A DNA stretch of 32,000 bases from Vibrio vulnificus CMCP6 (GCF_000039765.1 NC_004460.2:1-32000), one strand, 5' to 3'. Positions 9,897 to 19,212 are shown, counted from the stretch's first letter. Translations and numbers: made by a program. The notes: a model not told the origin generated them from the sequence alone.

Positions 9897-9943
9897 ATTT
9901 ATTTCCTACTTGGTTGTGTTTGTAAAACTAATTGATAGAGGTG

Positions 9944-10612
9944 TTAGTGATCAAATCCATGATTGGCAGGTAATTCGTAAACCCATGCACTGCTCCCTTT
10001 TCCTTCAATTTTAATTTGTCCTTCAGGATGGCCAATAAAACCTAAAATTGAAGTTTTTCCGAAAGTAAACGTAACGGGATAACTTTGACCCTCTAGTTCA
10101 AAATTTCCCGACCACATACGAATACCTTCATTCTGAAATTCGTTGTTATCAATTTGGATATCAATGTTGTCATTACTTGGTAAACTCATTGTGATGACAT
10201 CGCCCTCATTGAGTGCTTTAAACTGATTAATATCTGTAATTTCAACGGCTTTAATATTCTCTATGTATGGGCTGGTCGGTTTAAAACGCTCGATCTCTTG
10301 TTGAGGATTAGTGTCTGACCAGACTGAATCGAATTTTTGCGGTTGTTTTATCTTCTCTTCTGTGATGACGACTTCTTCTTTGATGCTTTCTTCTGGTTTT
10401 TGGGACGTCTCAATAGTCGTTTCGATAGGCTGAATATCAACAGCTAAATTATCTGAAGAAGAGATTTTATTCTCTCTTATCACTTCATTTTGGTTGTTTG
10501 ATTTTTCTTCAGTAATAACGTTTTTATTTAATTCAATGTCACTGTTAAAAAATAATACGGCTGAAAAAACAGCAACGGCCATAACAGATAATAATGCTAA
10601 TTTAAAATTCAC
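9944..10612 (-). CDS. Hypothetical signal-anchored/secreted protein, AT-rich gene upstream of the metalloprotease
   Basis: GTG start and an N-terminal hydrophobic segment (LALLSVMAVAVFSAVLFF), then an E/K/T/I-rich low-complexity linker and a beta-rich C-terminal region of about 100 aa. It is 47 bp upstream of, and co-directional with, the protease. I recognise no family. Confidence 0.6.
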   Translation of the reverse strand: MNFKLALLSVMAVAVFSAVLFFNSDIELNKNVITEEKSNNQNEVIRENKISSSDNLAVDIQPIETTIETSQKPEESIKEEVVITEEKIKQPQKFDSVWSDTNPQQEIERFKPTSPYIENIKAVEITDINQFKALNEGDVITMSLPSNDNIDIQIDNNEFQNEGIRMWSGNFELEGQSYPVTFTFGKTSILGFIGHPEGQIKIEGKGSSAWVYELPANHGFDH

Positions 10613-10914
10613 TTATATATTCCCGAGTTAACTAGTTATTGGGTCAATATAATTTGTTTTATAAAAAATAAATAAAATGAGTGTGATCTTGGTTCAAAAA
10701 CTTTTCTGCAGAAATTCAGTTTATTATTGTCATGTGAATATGTGCCTAACTTTAAATTTAAATGTCGAATAATTGTTTTTTCTCTGACATAAAAGGTGTG
10801 AGAGTTGTTCTCAGTAGAGTTTTTACTCAAGTGTGTCTTTTGTCAGTAATGCACTGATGCCGTGAATGTGCTTTTTGAGCGTAAAGCGCCAAATTTTGCT
10901 CAATTTAATGAGGT

Positions 10915-10936
10915 AAAATGTTCGAACGCTCATTTT
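10915..10936. promoter_or_regulatory. Candidate GlpR operator upstream of glpA
   Basis: AAAATGTTCG-AA-CGCTCATTTT is an imperfect palindrome (8/10 per arm). The left arm resembles the E. coli GlpR half-site (ATGTTCGA-like). A further half-site TATCGAACAC lies at 10947-10956. Confidence 0.4.
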
Positions 10937-11012
10937 GTGAGTGAGTTATCGAACACGAAGGAAAAAAAATGACACACTATCAGTATGCTTATTAGTGAAT
11001 AGGAAGATACCT

Positions 11013-12656
11013 ATGGTGAGTTCCAGTCATTTTGAAACGGAAGTGGTGATCATTGGCGGTGGTGCGACGGGAACTGGCATTATGCGCGACTGTTCGTTGC
11101 GTGGCATTAGCTGCATTTTACTGGAAAAGGACGATATCGCTTCTGGTACCTCAGGGCGTAATCATGGTTTATTGCATTCAGGCGCTCGTTACGCTGTCAC
11201 TGACTCGGAGTCGGCGAAGGAGTGCATCCAGGAAAACAAGATTCTCAAAAACATTGCTCGTCATTGTGTCGAGCAAACCAGTGGCTTATTTATTACTCTG
11301 CCGGAAGACGATTTAGCGTTCCAAGACACTTTTATTCAACAATGTACGCTCGCAGGGATTGAAACAAAAAGGCTGACGCCGACTCAAGCCTTGGCGCTAG
11401 AACCTAATGTGAATCCGGCTTTGGTGGGCGCAGTGCAAGTGCCAGACGGCACACTCGATCCATTTCGTCTTTGTGCGTCCAATGTGCTTGATGCGAAAGA
11501 GCATGGCGGGCGTATCTTTAACCACACGCAAGTGGTCGGTTTGATTCGTCAGGGTGATCAGGTTCGCGGAGTGAAATGTCTTCACACGCTTACTGGCCAA
11601 GCTTTTGATATCTATGCGCGTGAAGTGATCAACGCCGCCGGTATTTGGGGGCAGAACATTTGTGAGTACGCCGATCTCAACATCAAGATGTTCCCTGCTA
11701 AGGGGTCATTGTTGATCTTGGATTATCGCATCAACAATTTGGTCATTAACCGTTGCCGCAAACCATCCGATGCCGACATCTTAGTGCCCGGCGACACCAT
11801 CTCTTTAATTGGTACAACCTCAGAACACATTGAATACGATCAAATTGACGACCTTCATGTGACTGAAAACGAAGTGGATGTGCTGTTAAGGGAAGGGGCA
11901 AAGCTGGCGCCTATTATGGCCAATACGCGAGTATTGCGCGCTTACGCGGGTGTGCGTCCATTAGTCGCGGTGGATGACGATGGTTCCGGTCGAAACATTA
12001 GTCGTGGCATTGTGCTGCTGGATCACGCTGAACGAGACGGTTTGAAAGGCCTGACGACCATCACAGGTGGTAAGTTGATGACCTATCGTCTGATGGCGGA
12101 ATGGGCGACCGATGTGGTGGCGAAAAAGATCGGTAACAACAAGGCATGTGAAACGCATATCAAGCCACTTCCGGGCTCGAACGAAATGCCTAAAGCGCAC
12201 AAAAAAACCGCCAGTATCGTTAAGCCTGTGTATGAGTCGGCGGTTTACCGCCATGGCGAACGCGCCGAGCAGTTTTTGAAAGACGATGACGAAAGCCAAA
12301 CCGTGATTTGCGAATGTGAGATGGTCACCAAAGGCGAAATTGAATACGCAATCAAGCAACTGGACGTCAGCAATTTGGTTGATTTGAGACGTCGCACTCG
12401 GTTGGGAATGGGACCTTGTCAGGGGGAACTGTGTAGTTACCGCGCTGCGAGTTTGTTTAGTCAGTATGGGCATCTTGACGGCACGGTTAGCGCCCATTTG
12501 CTGACGGAGTTTTTGGAAGAACGTTGGAAAGGGGTGAAGCCCATCTTCTGGGGGGATGCATTACGAGAATCTGAATTTAGCTATTGGATTTACGAAGGGC
12601 TATTTGGTGCCAGTGAACTACCGACCGTAGCAGATGAGGAGAACGCATCATGTTAA
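11013..12656 (+). CDS. glpA: Anaerobic glycerol-3-phosphate dehydrogenase subunit A
   Basis: FAD motif VVIIGGGATGTGIMRD and a C-terminal BFD-like Cys cluster (CECEMVT...CQGELC). glpB and glpC follow. I set the start at ATG 11013 (AGGAAG 7 nt upstream) rather than the GTG at 10941. Confidence 0.93.
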   Translation: MVSSSHFETEVVIIGGGATGTGIMRDCSLRGISCILLEKDDIASGTSGRNHGLLHSGARYAVTDSESAKECIQENKILKNIARHCVEQTSGLFITLPEDDLAFQDTFIQQCTLAGIETKRLTPTQALALEPNVNPALVGAVQVPDGTLDPFRLCASNVLDAKEHGGRIFNHTQVVGLIRQGDQVRGVKCLHTLTGQAFDIYAREVINAAGIWGQNICEYADLNIKMFPAKGSLLILDYRINNLVINRCRKPSDADILVPGDTISLIGTTSEHIEYDQIDDLHVTENEVDVLLREGAKLAPIMANTRVLRAYAGVRPLVAVDDDGSGRNISRGIVLLDHAERDGLKGLTTITGGKLMTYRLMAEWATDVVAKKIGNNKACETHIKPLPGSNEMPKAHKKTASIVKPVYESAVYRHGERAEQFLKDDDESQTVICECEMVTKGEIEYAIKQLDVSNLVDLRRRTRLGMGPCQGELCSYRAASLFSQYGHLDGTVSAHLLTEFLEERWKGVKPIFWGDALRESEFSYWIYEGLFGASELPTVADEENASC

Positions 12657-13966
12657 ATTACGATATTGCTGTCATTGGCGGTGGCATCGCGGGTTACTGT
12701 GCGGCGCTAAATGCAATAGAGGCGGGCAAGAAAACCGTACTCATTAGCCAAGGCCAAAGCGCGTTGCATTTTTCATCAGGCTCGATTGATGTGATGGCAA
12801 AAACGCCGTCGGGTGAGCGGGTCGAGGCACCATTTTCTGCCATGGCTTCGCTGCCACAGCAGCATCCCGAACATCCCTACAGTAAAATGTTGCCAAACTT
12901 TGTTCGTCAATCGCTTTACTGGTTAGTGGATCAACTCAAAGAGCAAGGCTTACCACTGCATTGCCAGCAGGATGAATCAAACCATTATCGAATTACGCCA
13001 CTCGGTACACTCAAAGCGACATGGCTTTCTCAACCGTTTGTTTATCAACACCGTCAAAACGTTGCTTTTAAACGGCTGTTGTTTGTTGCGGTGGATGGCT
13101 ATCGAGATTTCCAGCCACTGTTGGCCAAAGACAATCTCAAAAAACACCCTGATTTTCAGCACTGCGAAATTGGTGAAATTCAGGTAACGATTCCAGGTTG
13201 TGAAGCCTTGCGTCGCAACCCCAATGAGCTGCGCTCGATTGATATTGCGCGTTTGCTCAAGCAGCCTCAAGCATTCAACAGTTTATGTCACCAACTGATG
13301 AAACACGCCACTCAAGAGGATCTGGTCATCATGCCTGCGATCATGGGCAACGGTGACGGACTGGTTCTGTTGCAGCAGTTGCGTCGTCAGACCAATCTCA
13401 CTTTGCATGAAGTGCCGACCATGCCGCCGTCTTTACTGGGTATTCGCATTGAAGAGGCATTGCAAAAGCGCTTCTTAAAACAGGGGGGCGTGTTGTTAAA
13501 AGGAGACCAAGTGCTCTCGGGCGAGTGGGATGAGCAAGGCCACTTGACGTCGATTTCCACGCGTAATCTCGGGGACATTCCACTGCATGCTCAAGCCTAC
13601 ATTCTGGCGTCAGGCAGTTATTTCAGCCAAGGGCTCAAAGCCAGTTTGGACAAGATTGTGGAACCTATTTTTGGTTTGGATATGGTGGCCAAGCCCCATC
13701 GCCGTCAGTGGCGAAACGATCAATTCTTTAGCGCATCAGCGCATCCATTCATGGCGTTTGGCGTGGAAACGGATGCGATGTTTCGTCCTTCATTAAATGG
13801 GCAAGTATGCCAAAACCTTTACTGCTGCGGCTCCGTGTTGTCGGGTTATGACCCGGTATTTGAAGGCTCGGGTGGAGGCGTAGCAGTATCCACTGCGCTG
13901 GCCGCCGTCCAAAGGGCAATGGGACTTAAGCAAGCAATGAGCGTTGAAGAGGAGTGCGTACTATGA
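12650..13966 (+). CDS. glpB: Anaerobic glycerol-3-phosphate dehydrogenase subunit B
   Basis: N-terminal dinucleotide-binding motif IAVIGGGIAGYCAAL. It lies between glpA and glpC and overlaps glpA by 7 nt. Confidence 0.9.
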   Translation: MLNYDIAVIGGGIAGYCAALNAIEAGKKTVLISQGQSALHFSSGSIDVMAKTPSGERVEAPFSAMASLPQQHPEHPYSKMLPNFVRQSLYWLVDQLKEQGLPLHCQQDESNHYRITPLGTLKATWLSQPFVYQHRQNVAFKRLLFVAVDGYRDFQPLLAKDNLKKHPDFQHCEIGEIQVTIPGCEALRRNPNELRSIDIARLLKQPQAFNSLCHQLMKHATQEDLVIMPAIMGNGDGLVLLQQLRRQTNLTLHEVPTMPPSLLGIRIEEALQKRFLKQGGVLLKGDQVLSGEWDEQGHLTSISTRNLGDIPLHAQAYILASGSYFSQGLKASLDKIVEPIFGLDMVAKPHRRQWRNDQFFSASAHPFMAFGVETDAMFRPSLNGQVCQNLYCCGSVLSGYDPVFEGSGGGVAVSTALAAVQRAMGLKQAMSVEEECVL

Positions 13967-15186
13967 TGAATGCCTTTGCCAAACATGCGCCAACCAATAC
14001 CACGTTTGATCAATGCATTAAGTGCACTGTTTGTACGGTTTATTGCCCAGTAGCAAAAGCCAACCCACAATACCCAGGGCCAAAACAGTCTGGGCCAGAT
14101 GGCGAGCGTCTGCGCTTAAAAAATCCGGAATACTACGACGACTTACTCAAGTTATGCACCAACTGTAAACGCTGTGAAACCGCTTGTCCTTCAGGGGTAA
14201 AAATCGGGGACATCATTGCGGTCGCACGAGGAAAATACGGCAAGAAAACGCTCAATCCTAAGTTAATGCGCGATTTTGTCTTAAGCCATACGGATTTGTT
14301 TGGTTCATTGGCCACGCCAGTTGCGCCCATCGTCAATAAAATCACCAGTTTGAAACCGGTGAAAAGTTTGATGCACAAAACTATTGGCGTCGATAAGCAC
14401 AAAGATCTGCCGAAGTATTCGCACGGAACGTTTCGTAGTTGGTACAAGAAGCAAGCGCAAACCCAAGCACAGTTTGCTCGTCAAGTGAGTTACTTCCACG
14501 GCTGCTATGTCAACTATAACCATCCACAGCTTGGCAAAGATTTAGTAAAAGTGCTCAATGCGATGGGGTACGGAGTGCAGTTGCTGAAAAAAGAGAAATG
14601 CTGTGGCGTGCCTTTAATTGCCAACGGTTTTCATGAAAAAGCACGTAAGAATGCCAATCTCAACATCAGCATGATTGAGCAATCGGTAGAGCAAGACAGA
14701 ACGGTGATCTCTACCTCTTCGACCTGTTCTTTTACGTTGCAACAAGAATACCCACATGTGTTGGGTGTTGAAAATCAGCATGTGGTGAATCGGATCGAGT
14801 ACGTGACTCGCTTTTTGCTGAAAGCCTTTATGAGTGGCTATGCGCCATCCATGAAACCCATTAACAAAAAAGTGGTGTATCACACGCCTTGTCACCTTGA
14901 GCGCAGCGGCAATGTGATGTTCACTTTAGAGTTGCTACGCATGATCCCCGGACTTGAGCTGGTAGTGTTAGACAGTGAGTGTTGTGGCTTAGCAGGCACT
15001 TATGGCTTTAAAGAAGAAAACTACCAAACGTCGATGAAAATTGGTTCCCACTTATTTGAGACGATAAAAACATCTCAAGCGGATTTCGCCATTACCGATT
15101 GCGAAACCTGCAAATGGCAAATCGAAGAAAATACCCAATTGGAGACCATTCATCCCATCAGCTTATTGGCGATGGCGCTGGAATAA
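13963..15186 (+). CDS. glpC: Anaerobic glycerol-3-phosphate dehydrogenase subunit C (Fe-S / CCG-domain subunit)
   Basis: Two ferredoxin-type clusters (CIKCTVCTVYCP and CTNCKRCETACP) plus two CCG motifs (EKCCGVP, SECCGLAG). An ATGA overlap with the glpB stop and GAGGAG 8 nt upstream support the ATG at 13963. Confidence 0.92.
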   Translation: MMNAFAKHAPTNTTFDQCIKCTVCTVYCPVAKANPQYPGPKQSGPDGERLRLKNPEYYDDLLKLCTNCKRCETACPSGVKIGDIIAVARGKYGKKTLNPKLMRDFVLSHTDLFGSLATPVAPIVNKITSLKPVKSLMHKTIGVDKHKDLPKYSHGTFRSWYKKQAQTQAQFARQVSYFHGCYVNYNHPQLGKDLVKVLNAMGYGVQLLKKEKCCGVPLIANGFHEKARKNANLNISMIEQSVEQDRTVISTSSTCSFTLQQEYPHVLGVENQHVVNRIEYVTRFLLKAFMSGYAPSMKPINKKVVYHTPCHLERSGNVMFTLELLRMIPGLELVVLDSECCGLAGTYGFKEENYQTSMKIGSHLFETIKTSQADFAITDCETCKWQIEENTQLETIHPISLLAMALE

Positions 15187-15208
15187 GCAGCAATCGGTCA
15201 TCGGAATA

Positions 15209-15247
15209 CCCCCTAACCGTTGGCGCAGCAACGCCAGCGGTTAGGGG
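15209..15247. terminator. Long GC-rich hairpin between convergent glpC and the HAD gene
   Basis: CCCCCTAACCGTTGGCG-cagcaa-CGCCAGCGGTTAGGGG forms a 16-bp stem with one mismatch. There is no clear U-tract on either strand. Confidence 0.5.
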
Positions 15248-15293
15248 CTGTAATGCTTAATTAAATGTTTCTTTTGGCGAAAAATCGCTTTAG

Positions 15294-15905
15294 TTAAACA
15301 TCTCTTTGTTGCAGTTTTTCTTGTAACTCATCCAGCTTAGTGACCGTGATGGACGCTAGACTGGCAAACCCTTTATCTTCCCCATTGGTCACAAGGCAAG
15401 AGGGCATGTCTGCGTTGTAGGCCGCTTCAAGATCGTAGAGATAATCTCCCACGTACAGTATTTGATGGGGTTCTAGTTGCCATTGTGTAGCCAATTGAAT
15501 TAAGGCTTCTGGGTCGGGTTTTGGCGCGCAGTGTTCTCGTGTGATCAAATGCTCGATGTCTATTTGTGTCTGTTCGAGCTTGAGCTGACTGGCTTGCAAG
15601 CAATTACGAGTCACGATTGCTGATTTGATCTGCTGCTGTTTCAGATAGTGAAGCAAGGCGTGGCAGCCAGGCAAAGGCTGCGCGTGTTTGGCATCGGACA
15701 GTTCGTGATCCAAAATAGTTTGCTCTGCATGCCGTTGTGCTTGCTTATCGGTCATTGCCTCCACAAAGCAAAGTAGGTCGATCTCCTGCGGGCAACCGAG
15801 CTGTTGACGAAGCTGTGAAAAATTGAGTTCGCAGCTGACAAGGGTGTTGTCCAAATCAAAAATAATGGCTCGTATTTCATTGATTTCTAATGTGATTGGT
15901 TTCAT
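15294..15905 (-). CDS. HAD-superfamily hydrolase (phosphatase-like)
   Basis: Motif I FDLDNTLV and a motif IV-like VGDYLYDLEAA. 203 aa, with an AAGGG RBS. Confidence 0.8.
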   Translation of the reverse strand: MKPITLEINEIRAIIFDLDNTLVSCELNFSQLRQQLGCPQEIDLLCFVEAMTDKQAQRHAEQTILDHELSDAKHAQPLPGCHALLHYLKQQQIKSAIVTRNCLQASQLKLEQTQIDIEHLITREHCAPKPDPEALIQLATQWQLEPHQILYVGDYLYDLEAAYNADMPSCLVTNGEDKGFASLASITVTKLDELQEKLQQRDV

Positions 15906-16007
15906 GAGCGCCCTTATGTTTGTGGCATTAAAAAGAGTTTATCCCTTTACTTGAGTTTTATACGACGATAAGTTGAACATGTCTCGAAAATCAGAAGGAA
16001 ATCTTTG

Positions 16008-17084
16008 ATGAAAAAGGATTTACGTGCGCATTGCCACACCATTATTGCGGGCAATCACGAGCAAAGCCCGGCAGAACATTTCTACGCGATGGCGAAATGG
16101 TGTGAAGAACACCAAGTGAAGCACGATGTGTATGGTGATGGGGAATTCATCAACTCATTCCAACAAAAAGTAGCCGACCTTTTAGGCTTTGAAGCGGGTT
16201 TGTTTGTTATCACGGGCACCATGACGCAGGCCACGGCCCTTGAGTTGGTGTGCCGTAAAAAACGCAATCCTGTGGTCGCGATGCATGAATCCAGTCATAT
16301 TTATCGTTTTGAACGTCAGGGTTATCAACTGCAGAATCGTTTTTCCATCTTGCCTCTGGGCGATATGTTCCGACCTTGGACAGCAAAAGATCTCAACGCC
16401 TGGCCAGATGAAATTTCAGCGGTCCTGTATGAGCTGCCAATGCGTGAGTTAGGCGGGCAATTGCCAAGTTGGGACGAACTCAATGACATCAAAGCCGAGT
16501 GTGAACACCGCGACATTCACCTCCATATGGATGGTGCTCGTTTATGGGAGTGCGCCGCCTATTATCAAAAGTCGTACAAAGAGATTGCCACGGGTTTTCA
16601 GTCGGCTTATGTCTCTCTCTATAAGGGCATCAATGGCTTAGGGGGATCATTGCTACTCGGGGACAAGCAATTCATCGAGCAGGCGTCGATTTGGATGAAG
16701 CGCCAAGGTGGCAATGTGTATCATCGCACGCCTTACGTGGTGTCGGCTGCAATGCAGTTTGATCAGCAATTGGCGAAAATGCCAGCGCTGTTTGCGCGCA
16801 CTCAGCAGATCTACCAAATCCTCCGCGAGTTCCCACAGCTGGCTGTGAGCCCGTATGAGCCGCACGCCAACATGCTGCACTTGATTGTGCCGCTGAGCGT
16901 TGAGAACGCCATCGAGTTGCGTGATCGAGTGGCAGAGCAAAAAGGCATTTGGTTAGGGCATCCACAAACCACGCAACACCCCGATCAATCGATCTTCGAG
17001 TGGTATGTGGGCGATAGGTTGCTCAACATCGCTGATGATCAGTTGCGTGAAGTGTTGGCTTACTTAGCAAATGCAGAGTGTTGA
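16008..17084 (+). CDS. PLP-dependent threonine aldolase / beta-eliminating lyase family protein
   Basis: Fold-type I features are VITGTMTQATALE, HMDGARLWE and a candidate PLP-lysine in SLYKGINGLGG. I prefer the ATG at 16008 over the adjacent TTG at 16005. Confidence 0.7.
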   Translation: MKKDLRAHCHTIIAGNHEQSPAEHFYAMAKWCEEHQVKHDVYGDGEFINSFQQKVADLLGFEAGLFVITGTMTQATALELVCRKKRNPVVAMHESSHIYRFERQGYQLQNRFSILPLGDMFRPWTAKDLNAWPDEISAVLYELPMRELGGQLPSWDELNDIKAECEHRDIHLHMDGARLWECAAYYQKSYKEIATGFQSAYVSLYKGINGLGGSLLLGDKQFIEQASIWMKRQGGNVYHRTPYVVSAAMQFDQQLAKMPALFARTQQIYQILREFPQLAVSPYEPHANMLHLIVPLSVENAIELRDRVAEQKGIWLGHPQTTQHPDQSIFEWYVGDRLLNIADDQLREVLAYLANAEC

Positions 17085-17133
17085 TAATAAGAAACATCAG
17101 CTAGACAACGTCAGTAAAAGGAGTCGTGACGTC

Positions 17134-18126
17134 ATGATCATCCCCAAATCACTGAAGCCTGGCGATACGATAGGCTTTTTCTCACCATCTTCTCCGGTGA
17201 CGCACTTTGCACCAGAGCGTTTTGCACGAGCGAAACAATACGTTGAGAAATGGGGCTACCAACTAAAAGCGGGGAGCCTAACGGGAAAGAGCGATACTTA
17301 TCGCTCGGGCTCGATTGCCGAGCGTGTTGAAGAGCTTAATGCACTGATTCGCGCCCCAGAAGTGCGATGCATTATGTCGACCATTGGTGGCTACAACAGC
17401 AACTCATTGCTCCCTTATCTGGATTATCAAGCGCTTCGTGACGATCCGAAAATCATCGTCGGTTATTCGGATGTGACCGCACTCCTGATGGGCATTTATG
17501 CGCAAACGGGCATCGTGACCTTCTATGGCCCAGCTCTGGTCGCGTCACTGGGGGAGTTTCCTCCATTAGTGGATGAAACGTTCCAATCTTTTACCGACAT
17601 TGTTCAATCACTGGAAAATCTGCATCACACCTATGTAATGCCGCAAGGATGGAGTGATGAGTATGTGCCTTGGCATTTGCAATCGACCAGTAAACACACT
17701 AACCCTAACCAATGGCATTTTGCAGGACAGGGCGTGGTGACAGGCAGAATCATTGGTGGCAACCTCAATACCATGTCTGGGATTTGGGCCTCGTCGTACA
17801 TGCCGAAAATCCAGCAAGGCGATATCTTGCTGTTGGAAGATTGCTTGCAAGGCATTGAAGTGGTGGAACGCGCTTTTGCGATGTTGAAGCTCAATGGTGT
17901 GTTCGACAAGGTCGGAGCTATCGTGTTGGGCAAGCACGAGCTGTTTAACCACAAAGGTACAGGAAGGCAACCGATCGACGTCTTGAACGAAGTGCTCAAT
18001 GGTCAATCGGTGCCAATTTTATGGGACTTCGACAGTTGCCATACCCATCCTATGCTCACGGTGCCTCTTGGTGCCACCATGACCATCGATTTTGATCAAA
18101 AAACGGTCAGCGTCTCCCTTGAGTGA
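17134..18126 (+). CDS. S66 peptidase (LD-carboxypeptidase LdcA / MccF-like)
   Basis: N-terminal GDTIGFFSPSSPV, nucleophile motif GYSDVTAL and a C-terminal His in DSCHTHP. I set the start at ATG 17134 (AAGGAG 10 nt upstream). The ORF-track start at 17071 overlaps the upstream gene and lacks an RBS. Confidence 0.8.
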   Translation: MIIPKSLKPGDTIGFFSPSSPVTHFAPERFARAKQYVEKWGYQLKAGSLTGKSDTYRSGSIAERVEELNALIRAPEVRCIMSTIGGYNSNSLLPYLDYQALRDDPKIIVGYSDVTALLMGIYAQTGIVTFYGPALVASLGEFPPLVDETFQSFTDIVQSLENLHHTYVMPQGWSDEYVPWHLQSTSKHTNPNQWHFAGQGVVTGRIIGGNLNTMSGIWASSYMPKIQQGDILLLEDCLQGIEVVERAFAMLKLNGVFDKVGAIVLGKHELFNHKGTGRQPIDVLNEVLNGQSVPILWDFDSCHTHPMLTVPLGATMTIDFDQKTVSVSLE

Positions 18127-18129
18127 GGT

Positions 18130-19212
18130 TTACGGGAGCACTTGGTAAATGTTGCCATTGTCGGTGGTGAAATAGAGATAATCATCTGGACTTAAGGTGA
18201 TGTCTCGAACTCGCTCGTTGAGTTTTTCAAATAAACGGTCAGTCTCTTTGAGCTGGCCGTTTTCGATGCTGACCACATTGATGTGCGTGAGCTTTAACGC
18301 GCCGATCAGCAGCTTGCCGTTGAGGCTCGGGTAACGCTCACCGCGATAGAGCATGAGGCTACTAGGCGCAATAGAAGGTATATAGACCCATTTGGGCGCT
18401 TCGATGCCGGGCAGCGTATCGGCTTCTCCAACGCGAATCGGACCCCAATATTCTTTGCCATGAGAAGTCTTGGCCCAGCCGTAGTTCTTTGCAGCTTGAA
18501 TGAGGTTAATCTCATCGCCCCCTCTTGGGCCATGTTCGACAGACCAGAGTCGCTGCGTTTTGCCATCGAAAAACAGTCCTTGTGGGTTGCGATGGCCAAA
18601 GCTCCATATCTCCTTTTTCACCTCACTATTGTCGATGAATGGATTGTCGTTGGGTATTTTTCCGTCCAGTGTTAGGCGCAAAATGGTGGCAGCATGGTTG
18701 CTCGGATCTTGGCCGTTGTCTCGAACGCCACGGTCACCGATGGAGACATAAAGGTGATTGCTGTCGTCAAAGGCGATACGACTGCCGAAGTGGCGACCGG
18801 TTGTTGACACCGCATCCGTGACAAACAACTCTTTCCAGTCGGAGAGCTCTTTGTTTTGCAAACGGGCAGTGGCCAGTACCACAGTTGTGCCAGTGTCGAC
18901 TTCTTTTGAAAAGGTAAAATAGAGCTGCTGACGTGTGATGGGGGAAAGGGCAACATCAAGTAAACCGCCTTGTCCTGACTCGTCGACATTGGTGACTTGA
19001 TAGAGTGGGGTTTTCTGACCTTGAGTGACATCGAGCAACGAGATACGGCCATTTTTCTCGGTAATGACGGCGTTAGCGCTGTCGATAAATTCCATTCCCC
19101 AAGGAATTTGATAACCCGAAGCGATTTGCTTAAGTTTTAATTCCTCACTTAGAGTGGAAAACGACACCAACCCTAGCAGTACGGTTCCTAAACACTGACC
19201 TGTCCATTTCAT
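18130..19212 (-). CDS. Periplasmic PQQ-dependent sugar (aldose/sorbosone) dehydrogenase, YliI-like beta-propeller
   Basis: A signal peptide plus the motifs GLLDVALSP, FGHRNPQGL and EHGPRGGDEIN, which are typical of the soluble glucose/sorbosone dehydrogenase family. Confidence 0.85.
   Translation of the reverse strand: MKWTGQCLGTVLLGLVSFSTLSEELKLKQIASGYQIPWGMEFIDSANAVITEKNGRISLLDVTQGQKTPLYQVTNVDESGQGGLLDVALSPITRQQLYFTFSKEVDTGTTVVLATARLQNKELSDWKELFVTDAVSTTGRHFGSRIAFDDSNHLYVSIGDRGVRDNGQDPSNHAATILRLTLDGKIPNDNPFIDNSEVKKEIWSFGHRNPQGLFFDGKTQRLWSVEHGPRGGDEINLIQAAKNYGWAKTSHGKEYWGPIRVGEADTLPGIEAPKWVYIPSIAPSSLMLYRGERYPSLNGKLLIGALKLTHINVVSIENGQLKETDRLFEKLNERVRDITLSPDDYLYFTTDNGNIYQVLP

Noticed and set aside
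10636-10830. 64-aa ORF in the AT-rich glpA upstream region
   Set aside because: It has no RBS. AT-rich DNA generates such frames by chance, and the sequence is Asn/Lys/Phe-rich with no features. A small RNA or promoter function for this DNA is not excluded.
10938-10956. CRP-like site TGTGAGTGAGTTATCGAAC upstream of glpA. Also TGTGATCTTGGTTCAA near 10690.
   Set aside because: Only the TGTGA half matches. The second half deviates from TCACA at 3 or more of 5 positions at the correct spacing.
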